This document shows positions 1-10,821 of a stretch of 64,000 bases of DNA, one piece after another. Within the stretch, counting starts at the first letter, position 1. The number at the start of each line of letters is the position of its first letter. The translations under genes were made by a program, and so were the position numbers. Origin of the DNA: Thermodesulfobacteriota bacterium. GTDB taxonomy: Bacteria; Desulfobacterota; Desulfobacteria; Desulfobacterales; C00003060. The notes under the pieces are model-generated. The model searched no databases, was not told where the DNA came from, and saw only the letters and a program-made list of their open reading frames with translations. Location of the stretch: NCBI GenBank assembly GCA_034189385.1, contig JAXHVD010000001.1, positions 160,001 through 224,000 on the forward strand, in the 5' to 3' direction.

Positions 1-113
1 CAAACTTGTAAAAAGTCTCTTTGCTCACTCCGTGACCATTTGCGCCTGCTGGCTTTTTCCCTCCGCCACGGCGGACTTAACGTCCTTGGCAAGAGACTTT
101 TTTCGAAACCGTT
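1..113. repeat. MITE/REP-like palindromic element, left end probably cut by the window edge
   Basis: Inverted repeat aaaaagtctctt (10-21) / aagagacttttt (91-102), with an internal tccgcc-ac-ggcgga hairpin. Confidence 0.6.
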
Positions 114-190
114 TTTGTCATCCATCGCAGCAAGACATGATGGAGTCCTTAGAAAAAGGCGTAGTATCAAGGAGATGAGGGAGGTTTATT

Positions 191-1216
191 TTGGACCGTA
201 CACCCCACCTTGCCATTTGCATCCTACTCTTTGTGCTCATGATACTCGGTGGCACTGTGGGTTATATCGTCATCGAAGGCTGGCCATTCATGGACGCCCT
301 TTATATGACGGTGATTACTCTGAGCACTGTGGGTTTCGCCGAGGTTCAGGTGGTTTCTCCCGTGGGACGTATCTTTACCATGGCACTCATCATCTTGGGC
401 GTGAGTTTTGTTTTCTACGTCCTTGGCAGTGTGATCCAGTTTATGATGGAAGGTCACATAAGAAGAATTCTCGGGAGGCGCAAATTGCAGAAAGAGATTC
501 GTGGGCAGAAGGATCATTACATCATCTGTGGGTATGGCCGCGTGGGGACGAGTATCTGCGATGTCCTTGCTGCAAAACCGTTGGGAATCGTTGTCGTTGA
601 ACGGGCACCTGACAGGATAGCCAGGCTGGAGGAACGGAACCTCCTGCATGTTGCTGGAGAGGCCACTGATGAGGAGAACCTCATCAAGGCAGGAGTGGGA
701 AAGGCGCGGGGACTTGTGGCGGCGTTGAAAACAGACAGCGACAACGTATACGTGACTCTCACTGCCCGACAGCTAAATCCCGGACTTTTTATCATAGCCC
801 GGGGAGGGGAAAGAAAATCGGAGAATAAGCTACTTGCCGCCGGTGCCAGCAAGGTCGTTTCTCCATACAGTATGGGCGCCCATAGGATAGCACAGATGAT
901 TCTCCGTCCAACGGTCACTGATTTTCTGGAATTGACCCTCATGGACAGAGACCGCAACATCCGCATGGAAGAGATGCCTGTCCATCCTTCGTCGGATCTA
1001 GTGGCCTTGGCACTGCAAGATTCTGGTATCCGGAAAGATTACGACCTCATTATCGTGGCCATCAGAAAACCAGGAGGCGAGATGTTGTACAACCCCTCTT
1101 CCCATACCAAGCTGCACGGGGGCGACACTGTGGTGGCGATTGGCGAGAAGAAGAACCTAGAGCGTGTTGAAAAGATATTGAACCCCTTGCCCAGTGCCCA
1201 TCCCCGAAGGCATTAG
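191..1216 (+). CDS. Potassium channel protein (2-TM pore plus TrkA-N/TrkA-C RCK domains)
   Basis: TLSTVGF pore motif, ICGYGRVG Rossmann motif, C-terminal TrkA-C-like region. Confidence 0.9.
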   Translation: MDRTPHLAICILLFVLMILGGTVGYIVIEGWPFMDALYMTVITLSTVGFAEVQVVSPVGRIFTMALIILGVSFVFYVLGSVIQFMMEGHIRRILGRRKLQKEIRGQKDHYIICGYGRVGTSICDVLAAKPLGIVVVERAPDRIARLEERNLLHVAGEATDEENLIKAGVGKARGLVAALKTDSDNVYVTLTARQLNPGLFIIARGGERKSENKLLAAGASKVVSPYSMGAHRIAQMILRPTVTDFLELTLMDRDRNIRMEEMPVHPSSDLVALALQDSGIRKDYDLIIVAIRKPGGEMLYNPSSHTKLHGGDTVVAIGEKKNLERVEKILNPLPSAHPRRH

Positions 1217-1262
1217 AAGGAAGTGGCAAGGAAGGGGTTTCTGCTTCTTGCCGATGGAAAGA

Positions 1263-1850
1263 CTAAATCTTGTAAATGACCCGCTTCTCAGTGATGATAA
1301 TGTCTATGTATCGGTCGTGAGGCTCCATGGGAATTTGGGGCACGATCTGACATTCAAAGGCCAGGGCCACTTTTCGGGTCGTCACGTCCAGGTCTGGAAT
1401 GAATCTGTCGTAGAATCCTGTTCCATGGCCAATGCGGCCCCCACGTTCATCAAAGGCGATGCCCGGGATAATAGCCAGTTCAATATTTCCAATGGGAATC
1501 TCCTTACATTGTTGGGCAATGGGTTCCCGTATTTTCCTGTAGCCTACCCTCACATCGCGATCAAGATCGTCAATCTTTAACGGTACGATCCTTTCTTCCC
1601 TTTCGTCTACCCAGGGAAGGGCAACAACCTTTTCAAACTCCAAGGTTTTACGGATCATGCCTTCGGTGGCCACCTCGCTGCCAGTGTCCATATAGAACAG
1701 CACTGTCCTTGCTTCTCTAAAATTGGCAAAGTCAAAGAGGAACTCCATTATCGCCTTGCTCTTCTTGGCGCGGGCTACCTCTGACAGCTTTTGGCGGTTG
1801 GCCCTGGTTTTCCGTCTGATTTCAGATTTTTTTTCCTTCAAGTCCTGCAT
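1263..1850 (-). CDS. 5-formyltetrahydrofolate cyclo-ligase
   Basis: IIPGIAFD..GGRIGHGTGFYDR and EPHD..ID motifs. Confidence 0.92.
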   Translation of the reverse strand: MQDLKEKKSEIRRKTRANRQKLSEVARAKKSKAIMEFLFDFANFREARTVLFYMDTGSEVATEGMIRKTLEFEKVVALPWVDEREERIVPLKIDDLDRDVRVGYRKIREPIAQQCKEIPIGNIELAIIPGIAFDERGGRIGHGTGFYDRFIPDLDVTTRKVALAFECQIVPQIPMEPHDRYIDIIITEKRVIYKI

Positions 1851-2199
1851 GGTACATTGCCAAATCTGTCTGATTCCTTATATTGTTTAGGCTGCCGGCC
1901 TTATAGCAAAAATTGTGAATAAAGTCAAGTAATAATAATCATTGACTAAATGATATCATCATGGTAGGCGGAAGTGTAACAACTTTCCAGTTTGTGTGAG
2001 CCCAGAAACCACGTGATGATCCCCTTCGAGTCATAAACGTGACACGTTCTCTGCGTTCAAAGGCGATGCCTTGCACAGGGCACAGACTTAAACAATGGGA
2101 CTTGACGTTCTTCTTTTGTCTCACGGCCCTCGGCCGCAGCAGGTCTTCCCGTTGCGCGGGTAGCCCTTTATTCAGTCTGGACGTCCAAATGGAGTCGAC

Positions 2200-3474
2200 A
2201 TGCTAGAGACGAGATTTGTTCGACAGAATTCGGAACTGGTGCAAGAATCATTGCGCAAGAGGGGGTACGATTATGATCTTGGAAAGTTTCTGGAATGTGA
2301 TTCAAAACGCAGGGCCATCCTCCTTGAGGTTGAAGAGCTGAAGCACCAGCGTAACGCAGTCTCCGAGCGTATTGCACGGATGAAAAGGGAGAGCCAGGAT
2401 GCCTCGGACCTCATCGGCGAGATGAAGACCGTGTCCGGGAACATAAAGGCCCTAGACGAAGCGCTTTCGAAACACGAAGAAACCTTGGAGTCGATATTGA
2501 TCGGCCTTCCAAACCTGCCCCATCCGTCTGTGCCCTTAGGTGAATGCACTGAAGACAACGTGGTCCTAAGGAAGGTGGGCGTCCCGCCTTCCTTTGATTT
2601 TGAGCCATTGGCCCACTGGGACATTGGGACGAGGCTTGGGATTCTTGACTTTGAACGGGCGGCCAAGATTGCCGGAGCCCGTTTTGCCTTGTATATGGGC
2701 CAGGGGGCAAGGCTTGAGCGTGCCCTGATCAACTTCATGTTAGATATTCAGACCAAGGAGCATGGTTACTTGGAGGTACTTCCACCCTTCATGACAAACC
2801 GCACGAGTGCTACCGCTACAGGGCAGTTGCCTAAATTTAAGGAAGATCTTTTCAAACTAGAGGGATGGGATTATTATCTGGTACCCACTGCAGAGGTGCC
2901 GGTTACCAACATCCACCGAGATGAGATCCTGCAGGAGGAAGACCTGCCCAGGCTTTACGTGGCCCACACCCCGTGCTTCCGGTCTGAAGCAGGCTCCTAT
3001 GGCAAAGATACGAGGGGTCTTATCCGACAGCACCAGTTCAACAAGGTGGAGCTTGTGAAGTTTGCCACCCCAGAGAGCTCTTATCAAGAACTGGAAAGTC
3101 TGCTGAGTGATGCAGAGGAGATCCTCAAGCGCCTTGGGCTGTCTTATCAGGTTGTGGTCCTGTGCACGGGAGATCTAGGGTTTTCTGCGGCTAAGACATA
3201 TGATATTGAAGTGTGGATGCCCGGCCAGGCGAAGTATCGTGAGATATCGTCGTGCAGCAACTTTGAAGATTTTCAGGCCAGGCGCGGAAACATCCGTTTT
3301 AAGAGGAAAGGAAAAAAGAGGACGGAGCTGGTCCATACCCTGAATGGATCTGGCTTGGCAGTGGGTCGGACGGTGGTGGCCATCGTGGAGAACTTCCAAC
3401 AAGCCGATGGCTCCGTTGTCATCCCTGAAGCCCTGAGACCATACATGGATGGGGCGGAGAGGATTCATGCCTAG
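2200..3474 (+). CDS. serS: Serine--tRNA ligase
   Basis: [34 protein letters not shown] and HTLNGSGLA motifs. Confidence 0.98.
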   Translation: MLETRFVRQNSELVQESLRKRGYDYDLGKFLECDSKRRAILLEVEELKHQRNAVSERIARMKRESQDASDLIGEMKTVSGNIKALDEALSKHEETLESILIGLPNLPHPSVPLGECTEDNVVLRKVGVPPSFDFEPLAHWDIGTRLGILDFERAAKIAGARFALYMGQGARLERALINFMLDIQTKEHGYLEVLPPFMTNRTSATATGQLPKFKEDLFKLEGWDYYLVPTAEVPVTNIHRDEILQEEDLPRLYVAHTPCFRSEAGSYGKDTRGLIRQHQFNKVELVKFATPESSYQELESLLSDAEEILKRLGLSYQVVVLCTGDLGFSAAKTYDIEVWMPGQAKYREISSCSNFEDFQARRGNIRFKRKGKKRTELVHTLNGSGLAVGRTVVAIVENFQQADGSVVIPEALRPYMDGAERIHA

Positions 3475-3492
3475 AGCGAAGGGATTTTCCTT

Positions 3493-5001
3493 GTGAAACC
3501 TGAGACGTTTCCGGAGCACATCCGGCCACACCTCATCCCAAAGGTTGGTGGCCGCGTCGTATACCGCTGTTTGGGCTGTGAGAAGGAATACGGCATTGAG
3601 CGGCTCCTTTATACCTGTCCTGCCTGCGGCAGTGTTCTGCTCCTTGTGGACCTTTCCTTTGACAGGCTCAAGAAGATACCAGCGGATCTATGGCACCAGG
3701 TTTTTGACTACCGAAGGATGCTTAACATCCCCGCTCTGCGAGGGATTTACAGGTACCACGAGTTCATTGGCCCTGTCATACCACTAGATGCAGTCATTTG
3801 GCTGGGTGAGGGGCACACCTCCATGGTTGAGGCCAATGCCTACTTACAGGATCTGGTAGGTGCCCGATTCCTCTTCAAAAACGACGGCCAGAACCCCAGC
3901 GCCTCTTTTAAGGATAGGGGAATGGCCAGCGCTTTGAGCTATATCAATCTTCTACTTAAGTCTGGGAAGCTCGAAGACGTGCTGGCCATCTGTGCCTCCA
4001 CGGGGGACACGTCGGCCTCGGCAGCCGTCTACGCGGCCTATCTCCAACCCCAAGTAAAATCAGCCGTCCTGCTTCCGCACAAGAAGGTGACTTCCCAGCA
4101 ATTGGCACAGCCCCTTGGAAGCGGAGCGATGGTGTTCGAGATTCCCGGTGTCTTTGATGACTGCATGAAGGTCGTAGAGGCCCTGTCTGAACAGTACAAC
4201 GTGGCTTTGTTGAACTCGAAAAACGCCTGGCGCATTTGGGGCCAGGAGTCCTATTCTTATGAGATTGCTCAGGACTTTGACTATGATACGAACCAAAAAG
4301 TCGTGGTGCTTCCCATTGGAAACGCGGGCAACATCACGGCTGTGATGACTGGTTTTCTGAAGTTTTTTGAAGTTGGGATCATCAACCGTTTGCCGAAGAT
4401 CATTGGAGTGCAATCGACGCACGCCAATCCCGTATACAGGTACTACTTGGAGCCAGATGCTGACAAGCGTCGATTTAAGCCTGTGAACGTCCGGCCCAGT
4501 GTGGCCCAGGCTGCTATGATTGGAAATCCAGTATCCATGCCCCGCGTGATACAAATGGTGAGGTCTTATAACGAAAAGGCCGGTGGGCAGGCCGTATTCT
4601 TCGCCGAAGTAGAAGAGCAGGCGATTATGGACTGGCAGCTGACGGCCAACCGCAATGGACACATTGCATGCACGCAAGGCGGTGAATCCCTGGCCGGCTT
4701 GGTTGAAGCCATAAGGCGGGGGATTGTGAACAAAGACGATACGGTCGTGTTAGATGCCACTGCCCACGCCTTAAAATTCGCAGATTTTCAACAAATGTAC
4801 TTTGAAAACCGTTTCCCTCAAGAATTTGAGATCACGCCAAAGGATTCCCTGGTGAATGCTCCCCGTCTCGTTCGACCCAAGGGGTTGGACATCCTTCCAA
4901 GCGCAGAAAGTCCTCTAAAGGGAAAAGCCTTTGAGCGATTTGTCGAGCAAACTGCTGAAGGCATTGCAGATGAGCTAAGACTTACTCGAAAGGGCGATTG
5001 A
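3493..5001 (+). CDS. thrC: Threonine synthase
   Basis: NPSASFKDRG PLP lysine, CASTGDTSAS, PIGNAGN; N-terminal CxxC...CxxC. Confidence 0.93.
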   Translation: MKPETFPEHIRPHLIPKVGGRVVYRCLGCEKEYGIERLLYTCPACGSVLLLVDLSFDRLKKIPADLWHQVFDYRRMLNIPALRGIYRYHEFIGPVIPLDAVIWLGEGHTSMVEANAYLQDLVGARFLFKNDGQNPSASFKDRGMASALSYINLLLKSGKLEDVLAICASTGDTSASAAVYAAYLQPQVKSAVLLPHKKVTSQQLAQPLGSGAMVFEIPGVFDDCMKVVEALSEQYNVALLNSKNAWRIWGQESYSYEIAQDFDYDTNQKVVVLPIGNAGNITAVMTGFLKFFEVGIINRLPKIIGVQSTHANPVYRYYLEPDADKRRFKPVNVRPSVAQAAMIGNPVSMPRVIQMVRSYNEKAGGQAVFFAEVEEQAIMDWQLTANRNGHIACTQGGESLAGLVEAIRRGIVNKDDTVVLDATAHALKFADFQQMYFENRFPQEFEITPKDSLVNAPRLVRPKGLDILPSAESPLKGKAFERFVEQTAEGIADELRLTRKGD

Positions 5002-5106
5002 GCAATCGGCAACGATTGACTGAATCTTGTTCGTTGCTTCTGGTCCCTTCATCAACTGTCCTGAGCAAAAAGCCATGTACCATAACTCTTTCGTGGCACA
5101 GATGCG

Positions 5107-5553
5107 ATGAAACGAGTGACCGCCTTTACAACCATGGAGCTGATGACCGTGGTGGCCATTGTCGGCATTTTGACTGCCGTGGCCATCCCTATCATTGCAG
5201 GTCAGATGCCAAGATATCGTCTGAACGGAGCGACCCGGCAGGTCCTGGGGGACTTCATGTGGTCAAGGATGCAGGCAGTCAGTCAGAAAAATGAGTTCAA
5301 GATATCATTGCTGAGCGATCATGAATACGCCATATTGGATGACGACAATAATGATGGCACCGCCGACACTGGAGAATGGACGAAAACAAGAGACATTCAG
5401 ACGCAGTATCATGATGTGAGGCTTGGCTTGACGGCTGATCCGGTCTTCTTCCCACGGGGAAGTGCGTCTCCAGCCACCATGAACTTGACAAATGGTAGCG
5501 GTTCGAAGAATGTGAAAGTACACATCACAGGACGAGTGAAAGTGGCGGAGTGA
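5107..5553 (+). CDS. FimT/GspH-like minor pilin
   Basis: Prepilin-like A|FTTMELMTVVAIVGIL N-terminus; GspH-like C-terminus. Confidence 0.85.
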   Translation: MKRVTAFTTMELMTVVAIVGILTAVAIPIIAGQMPRYRLNGATRQVLGDFMWSRMQAVSQKNEFKISLLSDHEYAILDDDNNDGTADTGEWTKTRDIQTQYHDVRLGLTADPVFFPRGSASPATMNLTNGSGSKNVKVHITGRVKVAE

Positions 5554-5575
5554 TTCATGAGAGAAAGGAGATAGG

Positions 5576-5959
5576 GTGTGCGATCCACACGACAATAGAG
5601 GATTTACCCTGCTAGAGATTCTTGTTGCCCTGATGGTTTTGTCAATTGGTCTGCTGGGAGTGGCGGGCCTTACAACAGGTATCATGCGTGGAAATTTACT
5701 CAGCAGCAGGATGACTACGGCTACGACGCTGGCACAGCAGAAGATGGAGACTATCAGACTGCAAGGTCATTCTGGCACACCGATGACGGACAACACTAGT
5801 ACGGAAGATTACAATTCCATTGCAAATCATCCGTCGTATAAGAGGGTTACCTCTATCGAGGTGGCGAAACCCGCTCCAGGGATGAAGACGGTGACTGTGA
5901 CCGTGCTATGGGATGGTGACGCCCACTCCACTCTTTTGGCAACGGTTTTTGGACATTAG
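5576..5959 (+). CDS. pilV: PilV-like minor pilin
   Basis: RG|FTLLEILVAL class III signal peptide; position in cluster. Confidence 0.8.
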   Translation: MCDPHDNRGFTLLEILVALMVLSIGLLGVAGLTTGIMRGNLLSSRMTTATTLAQQKMETIRLQGHSGTPMTDNTSTEDYNSIANHPSYKRVTSIEVAKPAPGMKTVTVTVLWDGDAHSTLLATVFGH

Positions 5960-5962
5960 AAC

Positions 5963-6577
5963 ATGTTATGCTCACTTGAAGCAAAATATCAACCACCTGG
6001 TTTTACTCTTATAGAACTACTTGTTGCCATGGCAATAAGCTCTATTGTCCTGAGCGCAATAGTCGCCACATTTGTTGTTCAGCGCAAATCATATATGGCA
6101 CAGGAACAGATGTCAGAGATGACGCAGACTGCGCGAGCGGCAATGGATATGATAGGCCGCGAGGTGAGAATGGCTGGTTATGATCCAACAAGAGTGGGTA
6201 TTGTTGGCATTGCCTACAATGCCTCAAAGCTCCAGATACAGGCGGACTTAAGAGGGGACGGGACAAGTGATGTACCAGACGGTGATACTAACGACCCGAA
6301 TGAAAATATAACCTACAAACACTACGACAGGACCCATCAAATCAAAAGGAAGACCGGCAGAGGATATTTCCAACCCTTTGCTGAGAATATTCAAGATTTC
6401 ACCTTTGCTTACTTGAATAGTGACGGCCACATTACTACCACAACTGCCGATATTCGACAAATACGCATCACCATCACTGCCAGGACGTCGATGCCTGACC
6501 CTAAGTACCCCGGAAACAATGGGTATCGTACCTATACTTTGGTTTCATTGATCACACCGAGCAATCTTGCTTTCTAG
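5963..6577 (+). CDS. pilW: PilW-like minor pilin
   Basis: G|FTLIELLVAMAI and REVRMAGY motifs. Confidence 0.8.
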   Translation: MLCSLEAKYQPPGFTLIELLVAMAISSIVLSAIVATFVVQRKSYMAQEQMSEMTQTARAAMDMIGREVRMAGYDPTRVGIVGIAYNASKLQIQADLRGDGTSDVPDGDTNDPNENITYKHYDRTHQIKRKTGRGYFQPFAENIQDFTFAYLNSDGHITTTTADIRQIRITITARTSMPDPKYPGNNGYRTYTLVSLITPSNLAF

Positions 6578-6769
6578 GAGTCATCTCGGTTTTGGGAGAG
6601 ATTCGCAGCAGCCTCATGGGATATGTGCAAAGACCTTGTCCAGAGACCCTTGAACAACCCCTTCTCACTTGGTTCTGCAGGCTTTTTGATCGGCCAGGGC
6701 GGGCCGCTCACCCCGACGGAGTCTGGAATAGGTGCGCCGGAAAGGCCACAATGACCGTTTGAAAGAATT

Positions 6770-8059
6770 ATGCAAAAGTCCCCGTTTAGTAGGAGTTGCA
6801 GGTGCATGGAATCAGGGTACGATGGCAGGGTAGCGTCTGCATGCTTTACATGTAGTAATGAAAAGGGGATGGTTCTTGTTATTGCTCTCATCTTCACGTG
6901 CGTGTTAGCAATGCTGGGGACTACAGCTGTCATGACAACTACGACGGACGTAAAAATTGGGGCCAATTACAGGGATAGTGAGCAGGCGTTTTATACAGCC
7001 CAGGCGGGGGTCGAGGAGGCGACAGCAAGGTTGCGGGCTCAGGCTGTAGGTGCCATCAATGACCAGTTGCCTCTGGAAATAGGGTGGAGATCCTACATAG
7101 GGAGTATGGCAAAGGCCAGGGACAGAGGATACGATTCCACTAGCGACATGCACGAGCGATATGCGAGTCTTCAATCAGATCTTGACTATATGGTTGTGAT
7201 TAGACATCAAACCGATGCCCAGGGCCATATCATGTATTGGGGTGATGCTGACGGCAATGGTGCCAATGAGCGAAATACCATTTCAGGAGAGAATGTTTAC
7301 CTTGTCACAAGTTACGGCTCTTTCAGTGATTCGCACAAGACCATAGAGGTTGAGACAACAAGGGTGCCGCCCATTACAGTGCCGGCGGCTCTTTATGCAG
7401 GGGCCACAACAACCGTTCATGGCGGTGAGACGAACATTAACGGGACCGATGCTTGTGGAGGAACCGACAAGCCTGGGATTGTCACTACAGAGGCTGCGGG
7501 GTCTGTCACCACCAGCGGAGATCCTCATATCACAGGCGCAGGAGGCAGTGAGCCAGACATTGTGTACAACGGGAGGAACAGCGACATTGAATCAATTGTT
7601 GATTCTTTCAAGGAGTCGGCAGACTTCTCCTACAGAGTAGACAGTGCTACCCACACCGTGAACACGGCGCCTGGACCTGGAGAAGGATGGGGGGACCCTA
7701 TCCCCGGCCCCAGTCTTAAAGACCCTTACTCATGCACTGCCAACTATGTCGTTCATTATGACACAAATGGGACCTACGTCAGACTTGGCGATGGTGTCTC
7801 GGGGTGTGGCGTTCTTCTCATTGAGGGCGACTTGGAGATAGAGGGCAGCTTTTCCTGGTATGGCATTATTGCCGTGACAGGATCTGTTCTTTTTGGTGGC
7901 CCTGGAGACAGGAATATCACAGGTTCGGTAATGGCGGGGGAGGCGGCAGTTCTGGACGTTACGGGAGGCAGCACCAACATCGTCTATTGCAGTTCGGCAA
8001 TTACTGCACAGACCCAGAAGCTACCCCTAAGGCTTCTCAGCTGGAAGGAGGATATGTAG
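6770..8059 (+). CDS. pilX: PilX N-terminal domain pilus assembly protein (start uncertain)
   Basis: NEKG|MVLVIAL and AFYTAQAGVE motifs; C-terminal LSWKE. Confidence 0.78.
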   Translation: MQKSPFSRSCRCMESGYDGRVASACFTCSNEKGMVLVIALIFTCVLAMLGTTAVMTTTTDVKIGANYRDSEQAFYTAQAGVEEATARLRAQAVGAINDQLPLEIGWRSYIGSMAKARDRGYDSTSDMHERYASLQSDLDYMVVIRHQTDAQGHIMYWGDADGNGANERNTISGENVYLVTSYGSFSDSHKTIEVETTRVPPITVPAALYAGATTTVHGGETNINGTDACGGTDKPGIVTTEAAGSVTTSGDPHITGAGGSEPDIVYNGRNSDIESIVDSFKESADFSYRVDSATHTVNTAPGPGEGWGDPIPGPSLKDPYSCTANYVVHYDTNGTYVRLGDGVSGCGVLLIEGDLEIEGSFSWYGIIAVTGSVLFGGPGDRNITGSVMAGEAAVLDVTGGSTNIVYCSSAITAQTQKLPLRLLSWKEDM

Positions 8060-8082
8060 CACAGATTGTGCTTGCAGTAAAG

Positions 8083-8664
8083 TCACTCCCACCAGTCAGG
8101 AAGGACACCCTTATTTTTGGCCTTTAGTTCCTTGGCAAGACCATGTAGTTTCTTGGAGATCGCTGTTATATCCTGAATAGCTTCTTGCTTTGCCTGCAAA
8201 TCTTTGCTGCCTGATGCTTCCCGAAATCTTTTTGTAGCTTCCTTCATTTCAGACTTAAGCAACAGCCTCTGATCCTTGAAGTCTTCGTAACGTGTCTCTT
8301 CATGTTTACCATTGGCCATGAAGTCCACTTTCACTTCCCCAATGCTGTTGTTGGCCGGCCCCTTTGCCGTTTTGCCAGGGATGATTGCGGATTCTTCATC
8401 AGCCTGCTGCGTTTTGCCAGCATGTCTTAAGAAGGCGTCTTCTTGGGCAGGGGGCCTATCTGATTCCCTAATGTTTCTGACAAGATGCATAGGTATGGCC
8501 ACAACGCCACCATGAAAATAAAATGCTATCTTTCCGTTATTCTTCCAATGAGAATCAACAACCACTTCACTTCCGCTTTCCAGCTCTATAACGTAGAATG
8601 GAAAACAGATGGAGGAAGAGGTCAGAAGCGACAGGATCGCTAGGGGCAGAACGGATACTTTCAT
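8083..8664 (-). CDS. Hypothetical exported protein
   Basis: 193-aa ORF with signal-peptide-like N-terminus and helical C-terminus. Confidence 0.65.
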   Translation of the reverse strand: MKVSVLPLAILSLLTSSSICFPFYVIELESGSEVVVDSHWKNNGKIAFYFHGGVVAIPMHLVRNIRESDRPPAQEDAFLRHAGKTQQADEESAIIPGKTAKGPANNSIGEVKVDFMANGKHEETRYEDFKDQRLLLKSEMKEATKRFREASGSKDLQAKQEAIQDITAISKKLHGLAKELKAKNKGVLPDWWE

Positions 8665-8936
8665 GAGCCATTTTCACCGATGGTTAAAATCTATTCCCTG
8701 ATCTTCCTAACCCTAAATCGAGGCAAAGTCAATACCGGGGGAGTGTCCAGACCACCTATTCCTATATCAGAGAAGGTGTACATACTCAATGGTTGTCTTC
8801 AGATTGGAAGAGGCGAACAGGAGCGTCTTATGGATTGATAAAGAAGAAAGGGATGTTTCTACAGCCCCGAATAGGGGGAAGACTATGTCCAGTGCAAACG
8901 TGAGAGGTGAACCGGCGGGCAGTTCATGCGAAGGCG

Positions 8937-9149
8937 CTAAGACTCACGGCGCGCCCACATACCGTGAGAATTGAGTTCTTGCTCCATGATATTTCCTATG
9001 GCCGTGGCGCATTCGAGTTCCTGTCGTTTCCCTTTTGGGCAGTAAATCGAGATGTTGCGGCCGTCGATGTCGACACGGTCTATGATACATCCCATTCGAG
9101 AAGTAACTACCGACACCACTTGGAGGAAATTCAGCTCCTCTTCTGTCAT
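8937..9149 (-). CDS. Small hypothetical protein
   Basis: 70-aa ORF MTEEELNF... with protein-like composition. Confidence 0.5.
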   Translation of the reverse strand: MTEEELNFLQVVSVVTSRMGCIIDRVDIDGRNISIYCPKGKRQELECATAIGNIMEQELNSHGMWARRES

Positions 9150-9489
9150 GTCATTTACCCGTCGCGTTGTGTTTCTCATTTGTTACCCACAAAAACGCGA
9201 ATTTTCCATGCCAATTTCTCTCCAAAAATGGGACTTGCTATATTCTCTATCGGATCAGTGGTTGATAAACTGAAGAAAAAGATGAGCAGTATGCCATTCT
9301 TTATGATGATGACACAGCGGAAAAGATGCTAGAAAATGATGAGAGCAAATGGATAAAGAAAGGGAAAAAATAGCTATTCTAAATGGTTTCCATCGAATTT
9401 GCTTGGGGAAGAGGGTCCAAGGGTTGCGGCTTTCGCCTTAAAAAGATGCAAGGGGTGCAAGGGCCAAAAGGGGCGCCACTGGCATACGG

Positions 9490-10506
9490 TTAGTAAAAGC
9501 GCGCCATCACTCGGGAGATATCCTTTGCCGTGGCCACAACAGTAATCACTGTCAGCCCGGTTTTTTTTCGAAGGAGGTCTTGGGCGTAATACTTCGTAGG
9601 GTCAGCAACAGCGATGGTCAACACCTTTTCCTGAAAACTCAGAGGGATGATTCTCCACCGCTTAGCAAGATCTGCAGGCACCAGCTTCCGTAGCTGAGGA
9701 TCAATTGTCTGCCTGCCAATGTCAATGAAAGGGAGATTGTGTTGGAGGGCCAAGGCAATGCCGATCATCTTATAGGTGGCGCACCCCATATCCACCATGA
9801 TCTGGCCCAGTTTCCTGCCCCGCTTGCTTTCCTGAGCTTCCAGTGCTTCATCCAGTCGCCCCCGGTCAATGAAGCCCTGTTCCAAGAGAATGTTCCCGAT
9901 TTTCCTTTCATCTCTTTGTTTTTGGTGAGACAATCCTTGGGCCAATTGTGCATCGCTGATGGCCTGGCTTTTCACTAGGATTTCCCCGAGTCTGTTACCA
10001 CGGAGTTCCTCCTGCTTTTCCAGGGCACGCTCAATCATATCAGGTGTAGCCATGCCCTTTTCAACCAGAATGCCTCCCAACCGTTTGACGGAAACAACGT
10101 CACGTATGGCCGATATAGGAACATAGATGCGTTCTATGTCTGCGAGCGCCGTGGGAACCAGAAAAAGCACTCGACGGGTCCCCCCATAGCTCTGAGCCAC
10201 ACCACAAACCGTTTCGTCGTCTAGAAACCGGACGGTAACAAGTCTGGCAGTGGACGGGAATGTAACTTTGCCTCTTTTCGCACTTTGGTCGCGCAGAAAG
10301 GAGACCATCTTGACGTCGTCAAACCTGATCTGTCTAGCCGTCAGTTCTCCCCCGGCCTCCTTAAAGTGAAGCGAGAACGCTGGCCGTTGTGGATTCAAGT
10401 TGTGAATCTTTCCTCGCAGCTCTATCCCGTCCAAAAGGGAGACCACGGCTTCAGCGGCTACGGCGCCGCCCAGTAGTCTCGCCTGTCGCCCTGTACCAAT
10501 ACTCAT
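9490..10506 (-). CDS. MshEN/GspE-N domain protein without an ATPase domain (putative c-di-GMP receptor)
   Basis: Four tandem (R/K)(L/I)GxIL/M-type motifs followed by a T2SSE_N-like domain (IAVADP); no Walker A. Confidence 0.8.
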   Translation of the reverse strand: MSIGTGRQARLLGGAVAAEAVVSLLDGIELRGKIHNLNPQRPAFSLHFKEAGGELTARQIRFDDVKMVSFLRDQSAKRGKVTFPSTARLVTVRFLDDETVCGVAQSYGGTRRVLFLVPTALADIERIYVPISAIRDVVSVKRLGGILVEKGMATPDMIERALEKQEELRGNRLGEILVKSQAISDAQLAQGLSHQKQRDERKIGNILLEQGFIDRGRLDEALEAQESKRGRKLGQIMVDMGCATYKMIGIALALQHNLPFIDIGRQTIDPQLRKLVPADLAKRWRIIPLSFQEKVLTIAVADPTKYYAQDLLRKKTGLTVITVVATAKDISRVMARFY

Positions 10507-10783
10507 CGCACTTCCGACTCCTTTTGCTGTGTATATGCCTGCCCGGCCAAGTGCTTACTCCACTGCGGAAACACAGTTACGTTCTATTGAAAAGGTGCTC
10601 CTTGCGTTGCCGACAGGAAGAGGCTTTGTCTCAGCCGCGAATATAGGGGAGAGGCAGTTGTGTGTCAACGGAAAAAGGCCCGCAACATATAGTGTTTCAG
10701 CCTATTCTTCCTGGTGTCAGAGTCCTTATTCGACTTCGGCGTAATTCTGCTTGGATACCCCGCAGGTTCTGCCTAATGGCACT

Positions 10784-10821
10784 GGTTCTGCCCGTTGGCA
10801 GTGCTAGCGCGGCGCGGGCCG
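10784..10821. repeat. 38-bp segment identical to 58967-59004, inside a REP-like palindrome
   Basis: ggttctgcccgttggcagtgctagcgcggcgcgggccg occurs at both sites. Confidence 0.85.

Noticed and set aside
1900..2190. Possible 6S RNA upstream of the 5-formyl-THF cyclo-ligase gene
   Set aside because: The synteny is suggestive, but I see only weak pairing and no recognisable 6S stem-bubble.
9196..9212. Sigma-54-like TGGCAT upstream of the 8937-9149 ORF
   Set aside because: The GC dinucleotide is 2 nt off the required -24/-12 spacing.
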